NCBI GenBank assembly: GCA_964605885.1
Contig: CAZSED010000012.1
Span: 5,541-69,540 of the forward strand
Source of the DNA: an uncultured Dehalococcoidales bacterium
GTDB lineage: Bacteria > Chloroflexota > Dehalococcoidia > GIF9 > UBA5629
Direction: 5' to 3'
DNA: 64,000 bases
Below are positions 20,112 through 30,733 of this stretch, piece by piece. The notes under the pieces were generated by a model, which saw only the letters and a program-made list of their open reading frames with translations, ran no database searches and was not told where the DNA came from. Made by a program: the position numbers and the translations under genes. Every line of letters starts with the position of its first letter. Within the stretch, counting starts at the first letter, position 1.

Positions 20112-20541
20112 ATTAAAGCCTGCAGCCGGAGCCAAGCACAAGAAGAAGAGGGTCGGCTGTGGTGACGGCAGCGGACACGGAACGTTTTCCACCCGCGGTT
20201 GCAAGGGCCAGAAGTCACGGGCCGGCAGGGACCTGCGCCCCGGCTTCGAAGGCGGCCAGCTGCCTATAATCAAGAGACTTCCCTGGACCAGGGGCTTTAC
20301 CAACGTCGTCAAAATCCACTACAGCCTGGTGAAAGTTGGGGATCTGAGACTGTTTGATGCCAACGCAGAAGTGGATACCAAGTCGATGCTTGAGAAAGGG
20401 CTGATCAAGTCCGCAGCCAAACCGGTCAAGGTACTGGGCAATGGTGAGCTCGACCGGCCGCTGAAGGTTAAAGCCAACAAGTTTTCTGAAAGTGCCAAAA
20501 AGAAGATAGCTGCAGCCGGTGGTTCGGTAGAGGAGATCTAA
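20098..20541 (+). CDS. rplO: 50S ribosomal protein L15
   Basis: KGQKSRAG...GFEGGQLP...KVLGNG. Confidence 0.98.
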   Translation: MDQSKLKPAAGAKHKKKRVGCGDGSGHGTFSTRGCKGQKSRAGRDLRPGFEGGQLPIIKRLPWTRGFTNVVKIHYSLVKVGDLRLFDANAEVDTKSMLEKGLIKSAAKPVKVLGNGELDRPLKVKANKFSESAKKKIAAAGGSVEEI

Positions 20542-21861
20542 ATGCCGCAGACACAGTCGAGGCCGCGCCTGATCCAGGCAATGATAGATGCCTTCTCGTT
20601 GCCCGACCTCAGACAAAAATTGATCTTCACCTTTGCCATGCTGGTGGTTTTCAGGTTCGTGGCGCATGTGCCCATACCCGGCGTGGACGTGGCGGCGCTG
20701 CAGAAGATATTCGAGCGCAGCCAGCTGCTGGGAATGCTGGACCTGTTCAGCGGTGGCGCCATGAGGTATTTCAGCATCGCTGCCATGGGCGTATATCCCT
20801 ACATTACCTCATCCATCATCATGCAGCTGCTTGTGCCGGTCATCCCGGCGTTACGCAAGCTTTCCGAGGAAGGTGAGGCGGGCAGGAACAGGGTCAACCA
20901 GATTACACACTGGCTTACTATTCCGCTGGCCGCATTACAGGGCTTTGCTCAGCTTCAGCTACTGCGCAGCCAGGGCGGCGTGCTTCCCACCGGCCCGCTG
21001 GAGACCGGCGCCATAGTAGTTTCGCTAACGGCCGGCACCATGTTCCTGGTGTGGCTGGGCGAGCTGATCACAGAGAGAGGCATCGGAAACGGCGTCTCGA
21101 TCATCATCTTCGGCGGCATCATAGCGCAGCTTCCGTCACAGCTGGGCGGTGCACTGATCGAGGGCGGAGTCAACTGGATGGGCATAGTGGTATTCGGCGT
21201 GCTGGCGCTTTTGACCGTAGTATTGATTGTTATTTTCACAGAGGGACACCGGCGCATACCTGTACAATACGCACGCACTGCCTTCAGGGGCGGCAAGATG
21301 TACCGGCAGGCCGGTTCCACCTACATCCCCCTGCGCGTTAATATGGCCGGCATGATACCGCTGATATTTGCCATGTCGCTGATGATATTTCCCGGCACCA
21401 TAGCCAGCTACTTCGCAGCCCCCGCCGGGCAGGAGCCCAATTTCGCCAACATGATAATGGAATGGTTCAATCCTTCTGCAACTCTTCCCATAGGACTGTT
21501 CTACTGGGTGTTTTACTTTGTGCTGGTGGTGGCCTTCACATTTTTCTATACCATGGTCATATTTGAGCAGATGGACCTGGCGCGCACCCTGCAGCGGCAG
21601 GGCGGATTTATACCTGGCGTCAGGCCGGGCAAACCCACTACGGACTACCTCAACGGCGTTATCGGCCGGCTGACCTGGGGCGGCGCCATCTTTCTGGCGG
21701 TGGTGGCCATCATGCCTTTCTTCGCCCAGCATATTGCAAATGTAGCCAACATGACGCTGTCCAGCACCGGCATACTCATCGTGGTGGGCGTGGCGCTGGA
21801 TACCATGAAGCAGATCGAGGCGCAGCTGACCATGCGGCGCTACGAAGGCTTCTTAAAGTAA
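20542..21861 (+). CDS. secY: Preprotein translocase subunit SecY
   Basis: MGVYPYITSSII, WLGELITERGIGNGVS, FIPGVRPG; many TM segments. Confidence 0.99.
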   Translation: MPQTQSRPRLIQAMIDAFSLPDLRQKLIFTFAMLVVFRFVAHVPIPGVDVAALQKIFERSQLLGMLDLFSGGAMRYFSIAAMGVYPYITSSIIMQLLVPVIPALRKLSEEGEAGRNRVNQITHWLTIPLAALQGFAQLQLLRSQGGVLPTGPLETGAIVVSLTAGTMFLVWLGELITERGIGNGVSIIIFGGIIAQLPSQLGGALIEGGVNWMGIVVFGVLALLTVVLIVIFTEGHRRIPVQYARTAFRGGKMYRQAGSTYIPLRVNMAGMIPLIFAMSLMIFPGTIASYFAAPAGQEPNFANMIMEWFNPSATLPIGLFYWVFYFVLVVAFTFFYTMVIFEQMDLARTLQRQGGFIPGVRPGKPTTDYLNGVIGRLTWGGAIFLAVVAIMPFFAQHIANVANMTLSSTGILIVVGVALDTMKQIEAQLTMRRYEGFLK

Positions 21862-21875
21862 GGAGGAAATGGCAA

Positions 21876-22535
21876 ATGTTCTTTATATTGCTTGGAGCGC
21901 CCGGGGCGGGGAAGGGTACCCAGGCAGATATTATTGTGAAAGAGATGTCTTTGCCGCACGTGGCTTCCGGCGACCTTTTCAGGAATGCCCTGAAGAACGG
22001 CACGGAGCTGGGCAAGCAGGCTGAATCCTATATGAAGGCGGGCAAGCTCGTGCCCGACGAGATAACCATCAAGATGATACTGGAGCGCATTGCACAGCCG
22101 GACTGCAAGAACGGCTGCGTTTTTGACGGTTTCCCCAGGACCCTGGAGCAGGCCAGGGCGTTGGATGCTGCGCTGGAGAAACAGGGCAAATCGATCGAGA
22201 AGGCCATCTATATAGAGGTTCCCGATAGCGTGCTGCTCGACAGGCTGACCGGGCGCTGGGTCTGCCGCACCTGCCAGGCGCCCTACCATGAGAAGAACTC
22301 TCCTCCCAAGAAAGCGGGAGTCTGCGATAAATGCTCCGGCGAGCTCTATCAGCGGGCGGACGACAAGGAAGAGACCATCAAAGAGCGACTGAAGGTATAT
22401 TTTGCTCAGACCATCCCGCTGCTGGACTACTATGAAAAAAAGGACCGCCTGTTCAGGGTGGACGGCAACCAGCACATTGACGAGGTCGGCAAAGACATTG
22501 TGAAGTTCCTCAAGGGATTAAAGCAGAAGAAATAA
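21876..22535 (+). CDS. adk: Adenylate kinase (Zn-binding LID)
   Basis: GAPGAGKGTQA, DGFPRT, CRTC/CDKC, QRADD. Confidence 0.99.
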   Translation: MFFILLGAPGAGKGTQADIIVKEMSLPHVASGDLFRNALKNGTELGKQAESYMKAGKLVPDEITIKMILERIAQPDCKNGCVFDGFPRTLEQARALDAALEKQGKSIEKAIYIEVPDSVLLDRLTGRWVCRTCQAPYHEKNSPPKKAGVCDKCSGELYQRADDKEETIKERLKVYFAQTIPLLDYYEKKDRLFRVDGNQHIDEVGKDIVKFLKGLKQKK

Positions 22536-23285
22536 ATGACTATCATTAAATCGGCCGAAGAGATCGCTATAATGCGTGAGGCCGGAAGGATCACGGCAAT
22601 CGTATTACAGAAAATGCGCGAAGCGGTTAAACCCGGCATCAAGACCAGGCAGCTGGATGCGCTGGCTGAAAAGGAAATGCGCAAATACAGCGCGGCCCGG
22701 CCTTCGTTTAAGGGTTATCACAGCTTTCCCGCCAGCGTATGCGTTTCTGTAAATGACGAGGTCGTTCATGGCATACCCGGCAACAGGGTGTTAAATGAAG
22801 GAGACATTGTCTCCATCGATTTTGGCGTGATTTACAAGGGTTTTCAAGGCGATGCCGCGCTCACTGTGGGCGTGGGAAAAGTGAGCGAGGAAGCGCGCAG
22901 CCTGATGGATATAACGGAAGCTTCGCTAGCGGAGGGAATCAACGCCGCACGCGACGGCGGCAGCCTGGGAGATATCGGGGCCGCCATTCAAAGCTATGTT
23001 GAGACAAGGGGCTGCAGCGTGGTCAGGGAATATTCGGGCCACGGCATAGGCCGTGACATGCACGAGGACCCGCTGATACCGAACTTTGGCAAGAAGGGTG
23101 ACGGCATGAGACTGCGTGAGGGAATGACCATGGCCCTGGAGCCGATGGTCAACCTGGGCGGATGGAAAACCAGGGTGGACGCCAACGGCTGGACGGTGCA
23201 TAGCGCAGACGGCAGCCTGTCGGCTCACTTTGAACATACCATAGCCATAAGGAGGAGTGATACCGAAATCCTGACCTTGCTGTAG
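22536..23285 (+). CDS. map: Methionine aminopeptidase type I
   Basis: SVNDEVVHGIP, GHGIG, MHEDP, SAHFEHTI. Confidence 0.98.
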   Translation: MTIIKSAEEIAIMREAGRITAIVLQKMREAVKPGIKTRQLDALAEKEMRKYSAARPSFKGYHSFPASVCVSVNDEVVHGIPGNRVLNEGDIVSIDFGVIYKGFQGDAALTVGVGKVSEEARSLMDITEASLAEGINAARDGGSLGDIGAAIQSYVETRGCSVVREYSGHGIGRDMHEDPLIPNFGKKGDGMRLREGMTMALEPMVNLGGWKTRVDANGWTVHSADGSLSAHFEHTIAIRRSDTEILTLL

Positions 23286-23294
23286 AATTATTGT

Positions 23295-23513
23295 ATGGAC
23301 AAGAAAGAAGCCATCGAGGTCGAAGGAACAGTAATAGAATCGTTGCCCAATGCAACGTTCAGGGTGGAACTGGCAAACGGGCACAGGGTACTGGCACATA
23401 TATCGGGTAAAATGAGAAGACATTATATCAGGATTCTGCCTGCGGACAAGGTGCTGGTGGAGCTTTCGCCATATGACCTTACGAGGGGCAGGATAACCTA
23501 CCGGTTCAAGTGA
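23295..23513 (+). CDS. infA: Translation initiation factor IF-1
   Basis: [10 protein letters not shown]...HISGKMR...[10 protein letters not shown]. Confidence 0.99.
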   Translation: MDKKEAIEVEGTVIESLPNATFRVELANGHRVLAHISGKMRRHYIRILPADKVLVELSPYDLTRGRITYRFK

Positions 23514-23531
23514 AAAACCGGGCGAATTATT

Positions 23532-23560
23532 TTGACATAAAGTGAATAAAGGTTTATATT
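23532..23560 (+). promoter_or_regulatory. Internal promoter upstream of rpmJ / alpha operon
   Basis: TTGACA(23532-23537)-17 nt-TATATT(23555-23560) in an AT-rich spacer. Confidence 0.75.
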
Positions 23561-23598
23561 ATTTAACGGTTTTTTTGTAAAACGAGGACATATCGGAA

Positions 23599-23712
23599 AT
23601 GAAAGTCAGGGCTTCAGTAAAAAAGAGATGCGAAAAATGCAAGATAATCAGGCGCCGCGGGGTCGTTCGCGTTATTTGCAGCAATCCTAAACACAAGCAG
23701 CGCCAGGGATAG
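23599..23712 (+). CDS. rpmJ: 50S ribosomal protein L36 (zinc-binding)
   Basis: Not in the ORF track; [37 protein letters not shown]. Confidence 0.98.
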   Translation: MKVRASVKKRCEKCKIIRRRGVVRVICSNPKHKQRQG

Positions 23713-23732
23713 TCACAGGAGTAAGTTAGAAA

Positions 23733-24122
23733 ATGGCACGTATTGCAGGCGTAGACATACCCAGGGAAAAACAGGTCCAGTTTTCCCTGCAGTATATTCA
23801 CGGGATAGGGCCCAGCATCAGCAGGAAGATATTAAAGGACCTGAAGCTAGACCCGGCCAAAAAGGTCAAGGACCTCAGCGATGAAGAGGTCAGCCGCATA
23901 CGTGAAAAGATAGATAAGGAATACAGCGTTGAAGGTGAGCTTCGCAAGGAAGTCACCATGAACATCAAGCGGCTGATCGAGATAGGCAGCCGCAGGGGCA
24001 TACGTCACAAGAGGAACTTGCCTGTCAGGGGGCAGCGGACACGCACCAACGCCCGCACCAAGCGCGGTGCCAAGAAGACCGTGGCCGGAAGGGGCCAGAA
24101 GCGTGGCGCTACCAAGAAATAA
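23733..24122 (+). CDS. rpsM: 30S ribosomal protein S13
   Basis: [10 protein letters not shown]...[14 protein letters not shown]. Confidence 0.99.
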   Translation: MARIAGVDIPREKQVQFSLQYIHGIGPSISRKILKDLKLDPAKKVKDLSDEEVSRIREKIDKEYSVEGELRKEVTMNIKRLIEIGSRRGIRHKRNLPVRGQRTRTNARTKRGAKKTVAGRGQKRGATKK

Positions 24123-24139
24123 AGGAGTAACCAGTTAAC

Positions 24140-24532
24140 ATGCCGCAGAAAAAGAAGGTCAGGACTAAAAGACGAGAAAAGAAGCTGATACATGAAGGAA
24201 AAGCCTTCATAACATCATCTTTTAACAATACGATCGTCACCCTAACGGACGCCAAGGGCGGCGTTATAGCCTGGGGCAGCTCGGGCACTGCCGGCTTCAA
24301 GGGTTCCCGCAAGGGCACTCCTTATGCAGCACAGATGGCCGCCCAGGCCGCATCAGCCAAGGCCAAGGAGCACGGGCTGAGGCAGGTCGAAGTCTTTGTC
24401 AGGGGGCCCGGCAGCGGGCGTGAAGCGGCTATCAGGGCCATCCAGGCTACCGGCATAGCCGTAACCGGCATCAGGGACGTGACCCCTGTACCGCACAACG
24501 GCTGCAGGCCCAGGAAGAGAAGGCGGGTATAG
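24140..24532 (+). CDS. rpsK: 30S ribosomal protein S11
   Basis: SFNNTIVT...GPGSGRE...[12 protein letters not shown]. Confidence 0.99.
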   Translation: MPQKKKVRTKRREKKLIHEGKAFITSSFNNTIVTLTDAKGGVIAWGSSGTAGFKGSRKGTPYAAQMAAQAASAKAKEHGLRQVEVFVRGPGSGREAAIRAIQATGIAVTGIRDVTPVPHNGCRPRKRRRV

Positions 24533-24534
24533 AT

Positions 24535-25167
24535 ATGGCCAAATATACTGAAGCTTACTGTCGTCTATGCCGCCGCGCCGGCACCAAGCTCATGCTGAAG
24601 GGCCAGCGCTGCTTTAGCGAGAAATGCGCTGTTGAGCGCCGGAACACACCTCCGGGACCTCACTCCTCCGGCCGCCGCCGACCCAAGGTGTCGGAGCACG
24701 GCTTACAGCTCGTGGAGAAGCAGAAGGCCAAGTACAGTTACGGCTGCTATGAGAGGCAGTTCCGCCGCTTCTTTGAAGAGGCATCCAGGTTGCCCGGCAT
24801 CAAAGGCACCAACCTGCTGATACTGCTGGAGAGAAGGCTGGATAACGTCATCTTCAAGCTGGGCTTCAGCGATTCACGTTCCCAGGCCCGGCAGCTGGTC
24901 AGGCACGGCCATATAAAGCTGAACGGGCGTAAGACGGATGTGCCTTCATGCCTGGTCAAAGCCGGCGATGTCATCGAATGGCGCAAAGAGAGCACCAGGA
25001 GCGAATATTATAAAACGCTGGTCGAAAAGATTGAGGATAAGGACATTCCATCCTGGCTGTCACTGGACAAGCCCAGTATGGTCGGCAAAGTTATGTCTTT
25101 GCCCGCTTCCGAGGACATCAAGACAAACTTTGACGAAAAAGCGATCGTGGAGTTTTATTCACGATAG
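24535..25167 (+). CDS. rpsD: 30S ribosomal protein S4
   Basis: CRLCRR...LERRLDNV...ARQLVRHGH...IVEFYSR. Confidence 0.99.
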   Translation: MAKYTEAYCRLCRRAGTKLMLKGQRCFSEKCAVERRNTPPGPHSSGRRRPKVSEHGLQLVEKQKAKYSYGCYERQFRRFFEEASRLPGIKGTNLLILLERRLDNVIFKLGFSDSRSQARQLVRHGHIKLNGRKTDVPSCLVKAGDVIEWRKESTRSEYYKTLVEKIEDKDIPSWLSLDKPSMVGKVMSLPASEDIKTNFDEKAIVEFYSR

Positions 25168-25175
25168 GAGGATTT

Positions 25176-26216
25176 TTGGTTCAATTAGCTTTACCAAAAA
25201 TTGAATGCACCTTATACCGGCCGAACTATGGCAAATTCGTTGCCGAGCCTGTGGAAAAGGGCTTCGGCATAATACTTGGCAACAGCCTGAGGCGCGTGCT
25301 GCTGAGCTCGCTTGACGGCGCGGCAATCACCTCGGTTCTCATCGACGGCATAACACAGGAGTTCAGCACCATTCCCAACATGAAAGAGGACGTCATAGAT
25401 TTCCTGCTGAACGTGCGGGACATCCGGATCAAGATTTTATCCAATACGGCTGAATCCGGGAAGATGGTGCTTAACGCCAAGGGGAGAATGGACGTCCATG
25501 CGGGCGATATATCACTGGTCGGCCCGCCGAATTTCGAGATAGTCAACCCTGATCTCTACCTGGCCACGCTGGATTCAAGCGACGCCAGGCTCAATGCCGA
25601 GTTCACCGTGAAGGTCGACAAAGGTTACCAGCCGGCCAGCGTCGGCGACAACGTGGGCATCATCGTGACCAGCGGCGGCACCAGCAAAGAGATATCGGTA
25701 GACGCCATCTTTTCGCCGGTCACGCGCGCCAATTACTCCGTCGAGAGCAGCGGACCCGGCAAGGGGGCCGGCAAAGAGAGGCTGTTCCTGGAGATCTGGA
25801 CTGACGGCACGATTGATCCTGTAGAAGCCATAAGCCAGAGCGCAAGCATACTGGTCGAGCAGTTCAGCAGCTTCACCAGGCTGGCCACGGCCATAGCCGA
25901 GAAAGAAGAGGCGGAAGCCTGGCAGAAATCAATTCCGTCAGATGTTTATAATATGCCACTTGAGAAACTCAACCTCTCCACGCATACCTATAACAGCCTG
26001 CGCAGGGGCGGCATAACCATGACCGGCCAGCTGCTGGAGAAGGGGCTGGACGGCCTGATGTCGCTGGGCGGCTTCGGCGTCAAATCCAAGGAGGAAGTGG
26101 AGGTGGCCCTCAAGGAACTGGGCGTAGAACTATCCGGCGCCCCGGATGAAAAAGATAAAAAGAAAAAGGGGCGTGTAAAAGCTACAGGCCCGGAAGAGGA
26201 AACCGATGAGACATAG
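25176..26216 (+). CDS. rpoA: RNA polymerase alpha subunit
   Basis: [36 protein letters not shown], alphaCTD; TTG start. Confidence 0.97.
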   Translation: MVQLALPKIECTLYRPNYGKFVAEPVEKGFGIILGNSLRRVLLSSLDGAAITSVLIDGITQEFSTIPNMKEDVIDFLLNVRDIRIKILSNTAESGKMVLNAKGRMDVHAGDISLVGPPNFEIVNPDLYLATLDSSDARLNAEFTVKVDKGYQPASVGDNVGIIVTSGGTSKEISVDAIFSPVTRANYSVESSGPGKGAGKERLFLEIWTDGTIDPVEAISQSASILVEQFSSFTRLATAIAEKEEAEAWQKSIPSDVYNMPLEKLNLSTHTYNSLRRGGITMTGQLLEKGLDGLMSLGGFGVKSKEEVEVALKELGVELSGAPDEKDKKKKGRVKATGPEEETDET

Positions 26217-26559
26217 GCTTGCCGGAAGAAAATTAGGAAGGCCAGCAGCACACCGCTGGTCTTTATATCGTAACCTGGTCACCGACCTGCTCAATCACGA
26301 GAAGATTACCACCACGCTGCCCAAGGCCAAGGAGGCCAGGGGGCTGGCGGACAAGATGATTACACTGGGCAAGGAAGGAAGCCTGGCCTCGCGCAGAAGG
26401 GCGCTGGCCTTTATCTTCGATGAAAAAATAGTGGATAAGGTTTTTACAGTCTATGCGCCCAGGTATAAGGATCGCCCCGGCGGCTATACCAGGGTTTTAA
26501 AGCTGGGACAGCGTGAGGGCGACAGGGCGCCGATGGCGCTCATCGAAATGGTGGAATAG
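26206..26559 (+). CDS. rplQ: 50S ribosomal protein L17
   Basis: [12 protein letters not shown]...[10 protein letters not shown]...RPGGYTR. Confidence 0.99.
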   Translation: MRHRLAGRKLGRPAAHRWSLYRNLVTDLLNHEKITTTLPKAKEARGLADKMITLGKEGSLASRRRALAFIFDEKIVDKVFTVYAPRYKDRPGGYTRVLKLGQREGDRAPMALIEMVE

Positions 26560-26574
26560 GCGTTACTGACGCAG

Positions 26575-27366
26575 GTGGAGCTCTTTAATAACTTAAAAAA
26601 AATCGTCCTTGTAGTCGAATACAACGGCAAGCGCTATTGCGGCTTTCAGTGGCAAAAGGGCCAGCCGACCGTACAGGCCGAGCTGGAAAAGGCCATACAT
26701 AAGCTTACCGGAGAGAGACGGCGGGTCGTGTCCGCCTGCAGGACCGATACGGGCGTGCACGCACTGGGCCAGGTGGTGACATTCTGGACGGGCTCAAAGC
26801 TGCCCTGCCGCAAGGTAGTCAGCGGTTTGAACCACTACCTCCCAGCAGACATCTCGGTCAGGGGCGCAGCCACGGTATCGAAGGATTTCAACGTGATGAA
26901 GGACGCCGTGCGCCGGGAATACCGCTACCTGATACTCAACAGCAGCACGCGGTCTCCCCTGCTGGACGATTTTTCGTACCATGTCAGTACGAAGCTGGAC
27001 CTGGGCCTGATGAGCAGGGCCGCCAGGATGCTGAAAGGCGAGCACGATTTTGCCTCGTTTGTCACGGCCTGGGACAGGGAGAAAAGCACCGTACGGCACA
27101 TATACGAGACGATTTTTAAGAAAGAAGGCAACCTGATCGCCTTTCATGTTGTTGCTAACTCGTTCCTGACGCACCAGATACGGAACATCGTAGGCACGCT
27201 GGTGAGGGTGGGAACGGGAAAAACAGGAGTAGACGAGTTTAAAAGAATATTAGAAAGGAAAAAATTGAGCCTGGCCGGGCCAACGGCGCCGGCGCACGGA
27301 CTCTGCCTGATGAAGGTCACCTACGGGGATAATTCGGAGTTTAAATATGAAAACCTATGCGCCTAA
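26575..27366 (+). CDS. truA: tRNA pseudouridine(38-40) synthase
   Basis: EYNGKRYCGFQ, CRTDTGVHA (catalytic Asp), FLTHQIRNIVG, TAPAHGLCL. Confidence 0.97.
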   Translation: MELFNNLKKIVLVVEYNGKRYCGFQWQKGQPTVQAELEKAIHKLTGERRRVVSACRTDTGVHALGQVVTFWTGSKLPCRKVVSGLNHYLPADISVRGAATVSKDFNVMKDAVRREYRYLILNSSTRSPLLDDFSYHVSTKLDLGLMSRAARMLKGEHDFASFVTAWDREKSTVRHIYETIFKKEGNLIAFHVVANSFLTHQIRNIVGTLVRVGTGKTGVDEFKRILERKKLSLAGPTAPAHGLCLMKVTYGDNSEFKYENLCA

Positions 27367-27796
27367 GATAAAAGAGATAGAGAGGAAATGGCACCTGGTT
27401 GATGCCGACGGCCAGACATTGGGCAGGCTGTCCGTTCAGGTCGCCAGGATGCTGATCGGCAAGGACAAGGCCATGTTTGCCAATAATATGGATACGGGTG
27501 ACTTTGTGATCGTGATCAATGCCGCCAAGGTGAGGGTAACGGGCAGAAAGGCGTCCGAAAAGGCATACTACCGCTTTTCCGGCTACCCGGGCGGCATCAG
27601 GTCAGTCACGCTGGGCGAGATGCTGCAGAAGCATCCCACACGCGTGATCGAGCATGCGGTGAAGGGCATGTTGCCCAACAGCAGGCTGGGAAGGGCCATG
27701 TACAAGAAATTGAAGGTCTATGCCGACGATAAGCATCCGCACCAGGCACAGGTCGGCGGCGAAAAAGTTGCTGTCAAAAGGAAGGCTAAGAAATGA
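27347..27796 (+). CDS. rplM: 50S ribosomal protein L13
   Basis: WHLVDA...DTGDFVIVINA...AVKGMLP. Confidence 0.99.
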   Translation: MKTYAPKIKEIERKWHLVDADGQTLGRLSVQVARMLIGKDKAMFANNMDTGDFVIVINAAKVRVTGRKASEKAYYRFSGYPGGIRSVTLGEMLQKHPTRVIEHAVKGMLPNSRLGRAMYKKLKVYADDKHPHQAQVGGEKVAVKRKAKK

Positions 27797-28188
27797 GCGC
27801 TGCAACATATCATCGAGGGACCGGCCGGAGGAAGTGCGCCATAGCGCAGGTCAAGCTGTCCTCAGGCCCGGGTGAGATCACCGTCAATGGCAAGCCATAC
27901 CAGAAGGTATTTGCGCTGGTGGACCACAGGCGCATGGTTGAGCAGCCTTTCCTGGTCACGGATACCGTCGGCAAATACAATGTCGATATCAAGGTGGTCG
28001 GCGGCGGAATAACCGGGCAGGCGGGCGCCATAAAGCACGGCATAGCCCGGGCGCTGGTGGATTTGAATGACAGCTTTAAGAGCCCGCTCAGGCAGCACGG
28101 TCTGCTGACGCGTGACCCCAGGATCAAGGAGCGCAAGAAGTACGGCCTGAAGAGGGCCCGCAAAGCGCCTCAGTACACCAAGCGTTAA
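27793..28188 (+). CDS. rpsI: 30S ribosomal protein S9
   Basis: GTGRRK...GGGITGQAGAI...ERKKYGLKRARKAPQYTKR. Confidence 0.99.
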   Translation: MSAATYHRGTGRRKCAIAQVKLSSGPGEITVNGKPYQKVFALVDHRRMVEQPFLVTDTVGKYNVDIKVVGGGITGQAGAIKHGIARALVDLNDSFKSPLRQHGLLTRDPRIKERKKYGLKRARKAPQYTKR

Positions 28189-28208
28189 AGCTTCAAAGGA
28201 TTGTCAGT

Positions 28209-28246
28209 TAAAATCCCCCTTTGCACAAAAGGGGGATTTTATTTTT
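28209..28246. terminator. Bidirectional intrinsic terminator between convergent rpsI and PGI/PMI
   Basis: TAAAATCCCCCTTT-GCACA-AAAGGGGGATTTTA perfect inverted repeat with T tracts on both strands. Confidence 0.9.
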
Positions 28247-29303
28247 CCCCGGCCAGGCGGCTTTTTAACAGGTCTATCTGGGGCACGGGGGTGGGGTCTA
28301 TGCCGTAGAGCATGGCCAGGTAGAAGCTCACCCAGTCTCCCAGCAGCACCAGGCTCATCATCATGGCCAAGTCGCTGCCGCCCTGGCTGTCTATCACCTT
28401 ATAAGGTATCTTTTTCAAGCCGAGAAGCTCGCCGGTTACCTCGTAGCGCAGCAGGGTGCGGTGATGTATCGAGGGGCAGCGCAGCATAAGCACGTAAATT
28501 TTGCCGGCCATATCGGCCGGGTGGCTATAACCCAGTACGGCATTGTGGTTAAGCTCGGGCAGTATTTCGAAGAAAGTCCAGGCCTTGGCGTTCTCGTTAA
28601 TCTGAGTTTTCCAGCGTCGCGCCACATCGGAAAGGATTCCTGCCCCGTAGACGACCACGACCTTTTTATGCAGTGTGAGTGCAAGCTGCTTGGCCATGTT
28701 CTCCTTTTGGGGCACGTCCTCCTGCCAGCCTTTGTTCAGCTTTTCCAGCAGGGCGGCCATTTCCTCTACCTCTGCCAATTTGCCGCTTAGAAAGCCCAGG
28801 TTGTGCATTATGGCCATCAGGGGCAGCAGACTGTACCCCAGGGCCACCCGGGGCGGAGAAACGTGCTGTATGACGAAAAACGGCACGCCCTTTTCCTGGG
28901 CCAGGGCGGTAAGCTTGCCGCCGGTGGACGTGACCAGCTTCTTGCAGGGCAGATTTAAGGCCTGCTCGAATCCTGAAAGGGTTTCCTCGGTGTTGCCGGA
29001 GTAGCTGGAGGCGATGATCAGCGTTCTATCGTCCACATAGTCCGGCAGGCCGTAGTCACGGTGCACGATCACCTGCGGCCTGCGCAGCTTGAGAGTCAGC
29101 GCTTTCAACAGGTCGCCGCCGATGGCGGAGCCACCCATGCCGATTATGACAACCTTGTTTACCTCGGAGTAGTCAGGCGGCAGTTTGAACTCGAGGGCCT
29201 GATTCCAGGCCTGTATACACTGGGCGGGCAGCCCGGCTATCTCCCTGCGCATGCCTGCCTTGTCCAGCCTGGCGTACAGCTCCGGGCTATCCAAGTTTGT
29301 CAT
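28239..29303 (-). CDS. Bifunctional phosphoglucose/phosphomannose isomerase (SIS fold)
   Basis: GMGGSAIGGD, SSYSGNTEET, RWKTQINENAK, PELNHN, GIDPTPV. Confidence 0.93.
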   Translation of the reverse strand: MTNLDSPELYARLDKAGMRREIAGLPAQCIQAWNQALEFKLPPDYSEVNKVVIIGMGGSAIGGDLLKALTLKLRRPQVIVHRDYGLPDYVDDRTLIIASSYSGNTEETLSGFEQALNLPCKKLVTSTGGKLTALAQEKGVPFFVIQHVSPPRVALGYSLLPLMAIMHNLGFLSGKLAEVEEMAALLEKLNKGWQEDVPQKENMAKQLALTLHKKVVVVYGAGILSDVARRWKTQINENAKAWTFFEILPELNHNAVLGYSHPADMAGKIYVLMLRCPSIHHRTLLRYEVTGELLGLKKIPYKVIDSQGGSDLAMMMSLVLLGDWVSFYLAMLYGIDPTPVPQIDLLKSRLAGEK

Positions 29304-29306
29304 TAC

Positions 29307-30731
29307 TCAACCCCCGATCATTTCCTGGCCGTATTGTAGCAGCTTCTGTACCTCGTCGGCGCTGGTGCTTTCGGCATAAATACGCACCAGCGGCTCGGTC
29401 CCGGAGAAACGGATCAGCAGCCAGGACCCGTCCGCCAGCTTATAGCGGAACCCGTCCCTGTTATCCAGCTTGACCACCTTTTGCGACCCTATGGTTGCTA
29501 TCTCAGTTTGTGCAAGCCTGGCTTTCATATCCGGCATATCCGTGTCGTTCAGGTGCTGGTCGACCCGGTCGAAATAGTGCGGCCCGACCTTCTTATACAG
29601 GTCGTTGAGCAGCTGGTGGGGCGTTTTGCCAGTGCGGGACATGTAGTCCAGCAGGTAGAGGGCGGCCAGAACGCCGTCCCTTTCCGGTATGTGGCCCCTG
29701 AAGCCGTAGCCGCCGCTCTCCTCGCCGCCCAGCAGGGCTTTCTCCTGCATCATAATGGGAGCGACGTATTTGAACCCCACCGGCGTCTCGAAGACCGGCA
29801 CCTTGTAAAGCTCACCGATGGTGAAGAGCATGTCGGTCGAGGTAAGCGTCTTAACCAGTGCGCCCTTCTCCTTGCGCACCTCCAGCAAATACATGGCCAG
29901 CAGGGCAAAGACCTCCTGCGTGGTGCGGTATTTGCCATTCTCGTCGATCAACCCGATGCGGTCGGCGTCGCCGTCCGTGGCAAAGCCGGCGATGGCGTTG
30001 TCCCTGATAACGTGCCGCGCCAGCTTGCCCAGGTTTTTGCCGATAGGCTCGGGCTGTATGCCGGGGAAGAGGGGGTTACGCACCCGGTTGATCTCGTGTA
30101 TCTGAATCTTGCCGCCATCCAGCAGGGTTTTCAGGTAACCAATGCCTGCCCCGAACATGGAGTCCACCACGATGCGCAGTGGCCGCTGCTTGAGGTAATC
30201 GATGTCCACCAGCTTGCCCAGGTGCCTGGCGTAGCTGTGAAAGGGGTCGTGGAAAGAGACCAGCTTCTTTTTGATGGCATCGCGCAGGTCCATGCGGTTT
30301 ACGCCGCCGCCGGCGATGACCTCGTTGGTGTTATTTTCAATGGTGGAGGCAACCTCGGAAGGTGCGCTGGAGCCGCTGGCCACCTTGTACTTAAAGCCGT
30401 TATAGTTTCCGGGATTATGGCTGGCGGTGATCATTATGCCGCCGTCAGCCTGCAGGGCTGTCACCGTGTAGCTTAACACCGGCGTGGGCGCTGCGTTGGG
30501 GAGTAAAAAGACCTTTATGCCGTTTGCGGCCAGCACCTCGGCCGATGCGGAGGCAAAATCTTCGGAAGCATAGCGGGTGTCATAGCCTATGACCACTCCC
30601 TTCTTGCCCGGCCCGGAGGCTTTCAGATAGTTGGCCACGCCCTGTGCGCAGGCGCGCACATTGTCAAAGGTGAAATCCTCGGCAATGACCGCACGCCAGC
30701 CGTCGGTACCGAACTTGATTGTGGCGGACAT
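29307..30731 (-). CDS. Phosphoglucomutase/phosphomannomutase family protein
   Basis: FGTDGWR, TASHNP, DGDADR, GGEESGG, RFSGTEP. Confidence 0.95.
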   Translation of the reverse strand: MSATIKFGTDGWRAVIAEDFTFDNVRACAQGVANYLKASGPGKKGVVIGYDTRYASEDFASASAEVLAANGIKVFLLPNAAPTPVLSYTVTALQADGGIMITASHNPGNYNGFKYKVASGSSAPSEVASTIENNTNEVIAGGGVNRMDLRDAIKKKLVSFHDPFHSYARHLGKLVDIDYLKQRPLRIVVDSMFGAGIGYLKTLLDGGKIQIHEINRVRNPLFPGIQPEPIGKNLGKLARHVIRDNAIAGFATDGDADRIGLIDENGKYRTTQEVFALLAMYLLEVRKEKGALVKTLTSTDMLFTIGELYKVPVFETPVGFKYVAPIMMQEKALLGGEESGGYGFRGHIPERDGVLAALYLLDYMSRTGKTPHQLLNDLYKKVGPHYFDRVDQHLNDTDMPDMKARLAQTEIATIGSQKVVKLDNRDGFRYKLADGSWLLIRFSGTEPLVRIYAESTSADEVQKLLQYGQEMIGG

Positions 30732-30733
30732 AG

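Noticed and set aside
16946-25167. Cys-rich L24, S14, L36, S4 and Adk
   Set aside because: Established zinc-binding variants common in anaerobes and thermophiles
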